Assembly (NCBI RefSeq): GCF_964355755.1
Contig: NC_092671.1
Span: 34,544,304 to 34,608,303 of the forward strand
Length of the DNA stretch: 64,000 bases
Direction of reading: 5' to 3'
Source of the DNA: Antedon mediterranea
Taxonomy: Eukaryota > Animalia > Echinodermata
A program made the translations under genes and the position numbers. The first letter of the stretch is position 1. Every line of letters starts with the position of its first letter. Below, one piece after another: positions 27,681 to 39,300 of the stretch. The notes beneath the pieces were generated by a model. It was not told the origin of the DNA. It did not search any database and was given only the letters and a program-made list of their open reading frames with translations.

Positions 27681-30600
27681 TAATTAAATTCATATATAAT
27701 TCATAATATGATTTGTTTGATTTGAATAAAATTGAAATCTTTTAGTTATACAGGGAGTAGAGCTAGATAGGCATGAAGTTGCCTTTTCTCTTCTTCCTTT
27801 TTATCCAATTATTTTAATGTTTTATATTGTAATGTTATTTTTATGTATTTTTTGGATGAATAAAGAAAGAAATCAATATATACGTAACTAAACATTCTGT
27901 ATGGACATGAAAATTACTGATACAATTTTGACATAGTAAGTTGACATTTCAGCATAAACAAAATTTGAAAGTCTAAATTTCGATATAGTAATTTTGACTT
28001 GACTAAAAGCAGGCTAAATATTAAATAATCTAAATTATCACAAATGGTCATAAAAACCAATTGTCTATTCCTAATGTTGTTTTTTCTTGTTAACCAATTC
28101 ATAAAAGTAGGCCAATAGTAAATTAAAATATATTATTTAACACACTGATGATCAATACTGTACTACGGTAAAGTATCATTACATTGTTTCTCAAAATGGC
28201 GGACAGGTAATAATAAACAGCTTTTAATTTTAAATTGGAAATGGAAAATTCGAACGCAATAATTGCGATGCATTAACATTGTCTCGTTCAATACAACCCC
28301 ACACTGCGCAATTAGGATCATTATACCCTTCGACCCAAAACCATTTAATTTCATGCGCAAACAATAATCGACTATAATCATCATTATTCAATAATTATCT
28401 TGTTTTCAATTATCAATTCTTATTGAAATGCAGTTAATTTAAGCCACCAATCAGACAGACTGTACAATACACTTATCCTAGCATGCGTTAAGATACTAGA
28501 TCGTCTGCCGTGGAGAAAACGCGCGGTATTTTTCAAACTTTGTCATTGAATATAAAATTACCGCTATGGCATGAGCACTTAGGCTATACCAATGCATTAA
28601 TCGTAACTCAACTTGTATTCTTGTACCACGAATTAAAAAATCCCATGGCGAGTTTACACAAAGGTTAAATTACTGGGGATATATTAAGACAATTTTAACG
28701 CCACCGGAATCGTAATTAACTTGGTAAAACTATAGTATGACGTCATTAAAATAAGCGGGGTACGTAAATTTCCAAAAGTATTGTTAAAACTCGAGAGGGC
28801 GTACAATGTTTTGCCTATAGATAAAATATGTTACAGTAAATCCCGCAGTTCGGTATTATATACTCTTTCCAAACCTATCGACCTTTTTTCAATAGGTGAA
28901 AAATATTATTTGAAGGGTTATAGGTTATTATGTTAAGCTACATTTAGGAAGTATCATCTTTTCTGCAATCTCTCGGATTATCAGTGACTTTTGGAAAAAG
29001 TTTCGCAAATGGGGGAAATATTGATATTAAATGCTGGTATCTCACTGATGGAGAAGAAAGAGACTCACTATCTGTCCGTCAGTGAGTAACTTTCCATTCT
29101 CAAGAAACATTGCAATGTAAAAAAATAAATAAAAACGTCTGATACGCATGCTTCTTCTCAATACTTTCTCCGATCCTCCTAATCTGTTGCTGCAATCGGC
29201 GCGTCTTCAATTCTTCCAATGTCCACTTCTGATCTGTTTGATCCGACGTTTTTATTTGTAAAGCTTGTTATATTAATAGGCCTATGCCAAATGTTTGAGT
29301 TATTTTGTGAAAATAATTTTAAATTGAATTAAAAATCGTGAACCATAATGGTGGAAAGGTGAGAGAAAACTATGATTTAAAGTGAATTAGGAAAAGTTAT
29401 TTTGTATGTTAGGCAATGTGTTAACATACAAATGGTGCAGAAACAAAGAAAATGTGAATAGAAAATGTAAAAAACAAATGATTTAATATTGAACATGTAA
29501 TATAGCTAGTGTTTCGAATTAGTAAGGCAGACAAAGTAAACTTAAAATTGGTCCCAACGAAGGATAAACAAGTACAAATCACATACAACTAAAACACTCC
29601 TATAGCCTAAAGAATAATAAATCTTTTTTTAACAATATAATTTTATATTCATTATTTGATTATTATAAATTATTGTTTTAGTACACAAAAAAAGGTTATT
29701 TTACGGTTTTTCTAACAGTCAATGGTATAATAGATTAAGTTTTCGCAAAAATAACATTAACATATCCACAATATAGATTGTCTTAAACTATTGTGATTTA
29801 TTATTTGTACTATTAGTATTACCATGCTATAAACTGAATACATAATATCGTATCATAATAATATTTCCTCCACTCAGTCAGAAACGTACCGATAGTGGTG
29901 CTATTTCAAACAAGACACATTGCAACTAGTACTGCTGATGTATACAATCCTCCATATAGTCAACTAGGCCTATAATATCTCTTTGTGGTCCCTTCAGACT
30001 TTGTTTCTTACCCTGGTAAGTTGCTTCCCACCAACCAAAGTTAGCAATAACATGTGCCCATGAAACTTACACGGGTAAATACTGCAACAAGTCAGAACAG
30101 AAATTTATGATCAAATACGGCTTAATGAGATAAAAAGTACCTTTTGTTTATAATACATGCATTTTTGACAATATTTACTAGTATTACGTAATCGTATTGT
30201 TTTAAGTATGAACCCATCTAATTATAGGTCCATGTTTTAAGTACAAAAACACAATTCATTTATTTTCAAATGCTTAATCATTTAGTTACTTATAAAATAG
30301 TTGTAATAAATGATACAATATTAAAACATTTTTAAGATGAAGTTAAAATTGTGAGGACAAAGAATATTTTTCTTTGTAAAAAGGCAGATTATTTTGTCAA
30401 ATGTCAAGGTAATTTAGTTCAAGTTTAAAATACATCAAGATGTAACAGTAATATTTAACATTGTATTTTTTATAAAAAAAAATCAAAATCGAAATTCTGA
30501 TGAATAAAAATAAAACCATTTAAAAATCGTAATAAATGTAGAAATATTATATTTTAATTTTTAACAGTGTGTTGTTAAGTGCCGTAAACTCAAATTATAA

Positions 30601-31874
30601 ACAAAAACGATAATGTATTAGTAAAATAATAATAAAAAGTGTAATTTTTAGTAACTACTGTAAGAAAAAATATATATAAAAAACTTAACAATATAACTTT
30701 GCATAACAAATATTATTTTATCTGAGGAAGAAATGTTTTCTTAACTACACTATCATCATCTTATCTGATGCACGTACAGTACATCCATTTTTCTTATTAA
30801 AAAGTGAAAAAAAAGGTTTTTTATTCAATAGAACTCTTAACGATATCTTACTCCCCATTTCTTATAATATCAAGGTATCATTATGGTTATTTGGTTGTAT
30901 ACAATATATAGAAATATAGGCCTATATATTTATATATATTCAGGAATGTCAGCAGTAGTGAAAAAAACAAAACATCCCTAAAACACCAATACATGCTTAA
31001 TGATTAAAAACAAACAATTATGATTTTATATATTATACAGATATATAAAATATGCTTTAAACTTTGAATACAAAGAAATGTATGCATTGTATATAAAAAT
31101 ATTCTCCTATACAGATTAAAAATACATACAATAAGAGATTCCTCAATTCATCTTAATTCTATTGCAATATAATTAAAATCATATTAATTATTTCACCAGA
31201 GCTTTGGATATCGTCATAAAATGTATATATACTGTACTATGAATTTTGTACCCAATCGTACGTTTTGTGCATCTTTGTGACGTCACTAAATGACGTCACT
31301 TATTGTGCGTTTCTTTAACATAATGTTGTACAACAACCTTAGGCGGTAATTGATGACGTCATATGTAATTAATAATTTTCTAATTGGATACTCTTACATA
31401 ATCAGATTCCTACAAGAGCCAAAACTCCATACAATAGTAATTTTATATCGACATTATACTAACAATATATTTTTTAAATCCATCAAATATAATGCCATTA
31501 TTCTATGGAACAAATAAACATCAATTTTTGTTTAATACGCTCCCGTTCTAATGCACATTTAATTTGATAATAAATATACATATATTCAAAGACATATGTA
31601 AATTGATTACAAATATGATCTAAAACACAACACTGCACAAATTCAATGTCCAATTTAAGAGATCCACTTTAAAACCCGATTTGCTTAAAATCATATCAAT
31701 TTAACAGATGGAAATTGTATTCATTATTGTTTTGCCGTAACTCTGACGTAATTGCATCAAACATTTCGTAAATTTGTTCTTAACAAAATCACAAGTTGTT
31801 TTTGGATAAGACTCAACTTTGTTTTCTCTCTATTTGGAGTAACATCCACCAACATCATTTATACAATGCAAGTA

Positions 31875-32059
31875 CAGTCACCTTTCCCAATACCGGACAC
31901 CCTTGAGTTGGCCCTAATATGTCAATCTGTGGAAAGTTTGGTATTCTGAATGTGTTTTTAATGGTGAAAAGAATATGGGACACTTTAGACCTCAAGAAAA
32001 GTCTGGTTTTGTAAGAGTTTCCAGTTTTAGATAGTCCGGTATTTGGTGAGTTGAGACTG
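31875..32059. mobile_element. TA-flanked Tc1/mariner-pogo-like MITE
   Basis: TA|CAGTC..CCAATACCGGAC ... GTCCGGTATTTGG..GACTG|TA. Confidence 0.6.
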
Positions 32060-33062
32060 TATTACAGTCTGATATTAAGACTTAACAAACTTATTTTTCT
32101 GTACAATTACGTCAGAGTTAAAATACTTTTTTTAATATTCTAATTTTCAACTGAAACTAAAATGATACACGATAATAAGTTAACTAAGGTTTGCAAACAA
32201 TTACAATACAATAATTATCAAACGTTTTCATTTGACTTTTTCATCTAAAGGTTACAATATAACAAGGTATCACTCACAATGTACTGTATACAATGGTTTA
32301 CACAGCACTTGCACTTTATAGTAATAAGCTATACTATTAAGAGAATATACACTGTGACGCTGTTCTTGGTATAAACACATCTTTACATATACCATGACCT
32401 CATAACAATAATCATTTGGCGTATTTGATTGGGTAGCTTTTGTGCTCAACAAAAAATCTGTAAAGAACTTCTTTTATTTGAATTATAAAACATTAATGTT
32501 AAATAACACAAGTTTGTTTTTCGTTGGGTACTATCATTCAAAATACTCTGTTAACTAAATATTCATCGGAAAAACAATACTCAAAGTTAAAGCCCCAATC
32601 GAATACGCAAACGTCGCAGAGAGAATACCTGTAAGACATTCAGTGCGGAAAATATTGTATATTATAACAATGCCATACAGTAGTATTGTTTGATTTTGAT
32701 TCAAATTTCAATGCCCATAAATGGAGTACTTTTTATCGTCATCGTTGTTTATTTAGATAAGAATTTATTTTTAACAAACTCCCATTTTGTGTTTTAGGAA
32801 TTTTTACACAAAATTTATTAAGAATTATTCTATCGTAAGAGTTTGATTATAAATTTTACTAGTTTATATAAAATATGTAGAATAATTTGTTTCAATGCAT
32901 GAGCAGACTCAAGGGGGACCGGCAATCCACATCCCCTCCCCATTCACTTTTTAGAATATTTTTGTATTTTTATATAAAATTGTTCTACATAACCAGATCA
33001 GATGCTAAGTTTGTCATTTGAACTGTAATGTGCGGTGGGAATTAAACGACATTCAAAAGAAA

Positions 33063-33374
33063 TTACATATCAGATTTTTGTACTAAATTCCTTTCGTCAT
33101 TATCGTCGTCTGCTTCTGTCGGGGAATAAGCCGGCGGCGGACCTGCCGGTACAGAATCAGTTGTCGGCGGTTGAAGCACAACGCTTCCAATAACATCATC
33201 TGGTAGCGGCACTTTGTCTGGGAGTGCTTCTGCTTGACCTTCTGGTAACCCTGTCTTTTCTGGTGCGTTCTGTGTGTTGCCGTTTCCAACCGCGTATAAA
33301 TTTGGTGTAGCGATTTCATATCCGGGGTTTTCAAAGTTGTTACCAGTTTCAGTTTTGATAGAAAATGAACCAGG
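33063..33374 (-). CDS. LRP2: LRP2 terminal coding exon
   Basis: PGSFSIK..FENPGY (FxNPxY, 33318-33335)..[17 protein letters not shown]-stop. Confidence 0.9.
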   Translation of the reverse strand, partial: PGSFSIKTETGNNFENPGYEIATPNLYAVGNGNTQNAPEKTGLPEGQAEALPDKVPLPDDVIGSVVLQPPTTDSVPAGPPPAYSPTEADDDNDERNLVQKSDM

Positions 33375-36300
33375 CTGAGAAAGGAAAAATGACAAAGAAT
33401 ATTTTAAAATAGAATAAGAAAAAGAAAACAAAAAACTTGACAACCATACTTGATTCTCAAGACTCAAATTACTAGACCCTCTCATTATTGACACCCATTA
33501 TTGAGGGACACCCTTATTCAGGGACATTCTTTTTTTAATTGCAGCCCTGTTTAGTGGGCATCTATATTAATTTTCACATGAAACAAATGTTAATATAATA
33601 TTAACAATGTTAACACTACTGTACGGCCAAACACTATTCAGGGAACACCTCTATAAAGGGGACTCTTTGTTAATAGGAATTCTACTGAATCACTTTTTAT
33701 CAAATCTCAACCATGGTAATATTAAAAATGTTAACACTACGGCCAAACACTATTCAGGGAACACCTCTACAAGGGGGACTAGGTGTCCCATTAATGTGGA
33801 TTCTATACTGTATCACTTTTTATCAAATCTCATGGCCTGAGTCTTAAAAATACAATTTACAAGCTTCTATATTCTTCACTTTAATGTTTATTTGATTAGT
33901 ATTTGACTACTAAATTTAGAACTGCCAACTTTTGAATTTGAATTAAATGCACTTACTGGTGGCATACTTCCGTTGGTTTCTTGCTGCATAGGGAAGTCAA
34001 CATTGGTTCCTCCTCGGAAAGTAACCGGACCTTCCGGTGTAAACTTAGCTCTGTATTCAAATAAAAATAATAAGTTAGTGCAGTTCTCTATCTAATGTGG
34101 GTGACTGGTATGAACCAACAGTACCTCTAAAGGTATTATTCTATTTTACTTTATTTTATCCAAAATGGCAAATTATAGGTTTTTCTTAAATTACAGGTTT
34201 GTCTTAAAAGCATTTTAAACAGTAGGAATAGTATATCATGACAAGATTAACACGATTGAACTTGGATAATGTTCTATTATACTAATGAAGTATCTTGTTG
34301 CATAAAAGTGGAAAATGTGGAAATGGGAAAAAATTTTAAATAATGGGAAGTAGTTTTTATAGTTTACGGTTTGATAACTTTAACAATAACTTACGATCTC
34401 CGCTTTTTGGATATAAACACGACCAAAACTAAAATAATAAGAACACTTAATGCGATGATAACCACTACCACGGCAACGACTACGTTTTCCGATTCTGAAA
34501 AATAAAACATGACAAAATTACGCACATGTTTACTATAAGAAAGCCAGGGGATGTCATTTCACTACCATTATTTGGGCATCACTACCATATTTGGGCATAT
34601 CACTACTATACTTGGACTTATCAGTACCATATTTGGACACATCACACTTTTTTTGTCAAATTAGTTTGATAGTGTAGACAAAGCTTAAGGTAACCCCAAT
34701 GTACTGTACTATTGTCTTAGCAATTTAAGCTTCTGTATTTTTATTGTAAGCCGGACTACTATACCTTCATTATTTATTTTTCCAATTTTTAACCCTTTTT
34801 TAACTGGTGGTCACGACCTAAAGTTGTCCGCAACTTATTTTGACCTCCATCTGCACATTTTTAAGTTATGTGTCTATCTTATTTGCAATTTGTAATTTTT
34901 TTCTTTCTATTTTAAAATGTGTGGAGAAACTAATAAAACAAACAAACAAACAGGTCCTTCTCAGCCCTGTCAGTGTGGACAGACAACTGAGTGTTGTAAA
35001 TACATTATTATATAGTATTGCATACACACCTGATGTTTGTGATGCTGCAGTTGGTTTATCCTTGGTTTCACTACAAGAATAAATTATAGAATACAGTAGG
35101 TTCAGTAAGTTGATTACGTGATTGTTTGGGATAATATCAAAGTGGTGAAGTTATCAAGAAGTAAAAAAACAAACAATAATTTGTTGGAAATAATTACAAA
35201 TCTAAAGAATTATTATATGAAATAAGAAAGTACAATACTGGTGCCGGTATAACCACATACTTTGAAATATTGCTCCTTCCAAAATAAAATGATTAAACAA
35301 ACTGATTTGGGCATAAATAACTATTTAGAAAATACTTACTCGCAATTAGAAACACACGGTGCAGGAGGCAGTGTGGTTTCCTCTTCCATAGCTTAATTAT
35401 TTTAAAGTAAAATGATAATTATAAAGATAAAATGTACTAAAGAAACAGTTTTTGCCTTCTTAACAATATGGTATTCATTGAGCTATAGGCCTATTAACAA
35501 GATAGAATATGCATTTCAAATTTTCTTAACACTTTAGATAAAGCAGAGTCACAAATATTTATGATTCATATAGTTTATACTGGCAAGTGCATTCATCCAT
35601 GGACATTGTAGAATCATTCATGCATGTATTTTATTTATTACATTAATAAGTAATGATAATAATGTTGATTTAAAAGTGCTTTAATATTTACTGAATGCTT
35701 TTTAAACCTTATTTTGTAAATATAGTAGTATTAATAATGTATATAGAACTTTTGTATGTTTAAACACAATTAGAATTGTTTTTTTAACAAAATGTAATAT
35801 TGAACTTATAGACTTGAGAGACTGACTTAGGAGTGAAGATTTGAATACAGGACAATGAGAACTCCTCTTAATCATCCCATAATCGTTAATTATCTAATTT
35901 TATAAATATGTTATTCAGTAAAGTAACAAGTTTAACAGGATCTTTACCTGATATGCAGTAGGTATTGCTACCAGGTATAAATGAATCACCATCAGGGCAC
36001 TCGCACTTGTAACCAGCTGTTGCTTTATTCTCAAACGTTGGTGGTATCTGTATACACAGATGACTGCACTTGCTATTCTCGCATGAGTTTACTATAAAAA
36101 AAATGATTTAATAATAATAATATCATCTTTCTGATATTCTAAAGCTTTGTCTACACTATCAAACTAGTTTGAGAAAAAAAAAGTATGATGTGGCCAAATA
36201 TTGTTAATATGACATCATCGTGTCCATAAATTTGACATTGACATTTTTTTGTCACAAAAATTTAGTAGAAACTCATCTTAAAGAATGCTTTGACCCCACA

Positions 36301-39300
36301 TTTAAAACTATGCTTAGGCGTAAAGTAATTAAAACTATAACAATTATTATGTTACCAAGCACAGCACCAATCGAAAAAGTCAGATATCAGATATATTTTT
36401 TTAGCTGATTTTGTGTAATAATACAAACATTGCTAAAAAACTTATTACTTGGCTAAAATCTAAGATAAAAATAGGGGGCGCTATTCAAAAATCACTCATG
36501 CATACAATTCCAACCACTGTTTGCATTGAGTAGTTGATTATTAGAAAAAAAATATTTTATTTTAAAATAAATACATTTTTAATGCCCAATCAAAAATTTT
36601 ATAAATTGCTTGAACAGTAAACAAAAAGTAATTACTACTGTAAAAGCAGTAGAATATTTTGACATGATCTCTAACTGTAGATTTCCAACTCACCAGCAGC
36701 GACAGTGTATCTTGCCGGATGATACATTTTAACGGATGTCGGTCGGTTGATTCCTACCGAGATGGCAACTGGTGCTCCGCGACCAAGTTTGTCCAATTTC
36801 ATTATATTTCCTGAGGCTCCAACTTCACCAGTGACATAGTAAATGGATGATTCAAACACATCCAATTGGAATGGGTTCCGCAGATCTGAAATATAACAAG
36901 AATCATTTTATCAACTATACTATAAAAGTTCTACATGCAACCTCTTAAAATAATTCTATGACTATATTTGGAAATATACTATGGCTATTAACCAATCAGA
37001 TATTGAGAATTTAATCATGTGATATATAACCCCAATTAGACACATATACTTATTATCAGCAGATGTTTAATTTTCTGTTGCTACCTTACCATCATATAAT
37101 TCTACGACCATTTATGGAAAAATAATAAAGCTCTAAACCAATCAGATAGCATAGATTCTTATATATTTTATAAGACCAGTTAAGATCGGATAAAATGGTT
37201 TAAATAGAAATTGTAGTTTTGTTTTCATTTATTTATTATTAGTTTATGTATAATTTTGTTCTTTTTCGTATTCGTATTTAATGTTATATCTTGGGGTGGG
37301 TCAAACTTAAAGTCTTTCTTGCTTACATGACCCTGAACACCCCCCCCCCCCCACCCCACCACCCGCACATGATTACATTGCATTCATTATCTTGTATGTT
37401 ATTATATTACATAGCCTATGTAAATACGCTAACGTGATTGGTTGAAACTGCATCACATGACTACCGCTGCGAGGATCGTAAATCGTATATATCCTCGAGA
37501 ACGATGATATTGACTGTGTAATTTTCGCGTAATTATCGTGTCCCCTGTCATTAAACATATAGATTCTCGAGTACGATGATATTGACTGTGTAATTTTCGT
37601 GTGCCAACACTCGCGTTGCCGATAAATAAACAAAAGTCATCAACTCGATCTTGAACTCGGGTGGAATTGTCACTCCATCGCAAGACAACGCTTCAACCGT
37701 TGCGCCACGGAAGTTGCTTGAAGAAATTAATCTTCTAAACTATTTAAACTATGCATACATAGTGCCCTCATTTGTTATAAGTCCACCCTAAATGTGATGA
37801 AACACCGTTTGTGATTGGTCAATACTCACGGTAGTAACCTAGTAAGTAGTACGCGCTGAACATCCGGTGATTCGGCTCCTCGAAGATCGAGAAGAAGACG
37901 AATTGTTTATTCGGCCTACCTGATTATAATATTATTATTTTTAATAGGCTTATTGATGGAAATTCTTCTGTTAATTTAAACGACCTAGGCCTAAGTGAAT
38001 ATTTTATTGCCAAGGAATCATTAATTAGTAATTATCTGTATATTATTCTTCGCAAGGTAAGGTGTCTAGGCAGGCTTGTTTAAATACAATACAAATACTA
38101 TAGGAGGCCTAGCCTAGCTTCACCCAACCCAGCAGACTTGTTCTTGGCTATATAATATAACAGATATTGCCTTTTATATCGGTTAAATATAAGATTTGAC
38201 ATCCCCTCGGGAATGATATTAAGTTCTCGGGGAATATATATTTCCCTCAGCTGGCGCTTCGGGAAATATATATTCCCTCGAACTTAATATCATTCCCTCG
38301 GGGATGTCAAATCTTATATTTAACCTCTAAGCAGTCAATATCTGTATAATATTGTGGAAATAAAATTGAAATTGACTTACTACTGCCAGATGCCAAAAGC
38401 ATTCTGTTACTGCCATCATATGCCATGGATTCAATAGTGTTCTCCTTGATATCACACCAATATACAGTACCATCATTAGCAAAATCAATAGCCAATCCCG
38501 TTGGCTCAACAATACGGATATTTTCAACTTGCATTCTGTTGCTTCCATCCATCCAGGACCCTTCTATTTTTGGAGATGCTGGTGAATAATCGGTCCAATA
38601 CATCAGTCTGAAAAAATATATGAAAAGCAATTGAAGAAGTGAATACTATAAATTACTGAAAGAATCTAAGCTTTATTTGAGGCTTCATTTCATTTCTTTT
38701 GTCAGAAATTAATCACTGTCAAGCGGAATAGAAAATGAAAAAAGAAACAGTGGTGAGGGACAACCCTAGCATTAGGTCAGTTTTAAACCCTGGACTTTGG
38801 AGTGGTAACCGTACTAACAACCAAGTTACAGCTCCAAAAATGTATTTGAATCGCCAAACGTCCATATATGTAGTTACTGTATGTATGCATGATATTGCTA
38901 CTATTCTTACCGTCTGTCAGGGTTAACCACGATGTCACCAGGAAGACCAAGCCCAGTGTTGATAATCGATTTGACATAGCGTCCATCGACCTTTGACATC
39001 ATGATTCTAGGTTCAGATCCAGCATCCCGTCTCACTCTTGGTGCACCTCCGTTTATGCCTTGGTCGGTCCAAAAGATATTCCTAAAATGATGTCATTAGA
39101 TTAAACATTTGAATTTTTCTGTAAACTAATTGTGTACACTATCAAAGTTTATGTGACAAAAAAATGTGATGTGCCCATATATGGACATGGTGATGTTATA
39201 TCACTACCATATTTGGGCATATCACTGCCATATTTGGGCATATCACTGCCATATTTGGGCATACTGTATCACTAGTTTGATAGTAGACAGAGCAGTGATT

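Noticed and set aside
29041-29086. Small hairpin CTCACTGATGGA..TCCGTCAGTGAG
   Set aside because: A 12-bp stem with a large loop is too short for a pre-miRNA and plausible by chance.
29130-29265. Minus-strand open stretch ..WTLEELKTRRLQQQIRRIGESIEKKH.. loosely resembling a BH3 motif
   Set aside because: No ATG, no convincing splice sites, and the key L and D of LxxxGD are I and E; most likely chance. RNA-seq coverage would reopen it.
87-33000. Remaining 60-85-aa ORFs in the left half
   Set aside because: Composition mirrors AT-rich non-coding DNA (F/L/I/K/Y-rich), many use non-ATG starts, and none has recognisable domains.
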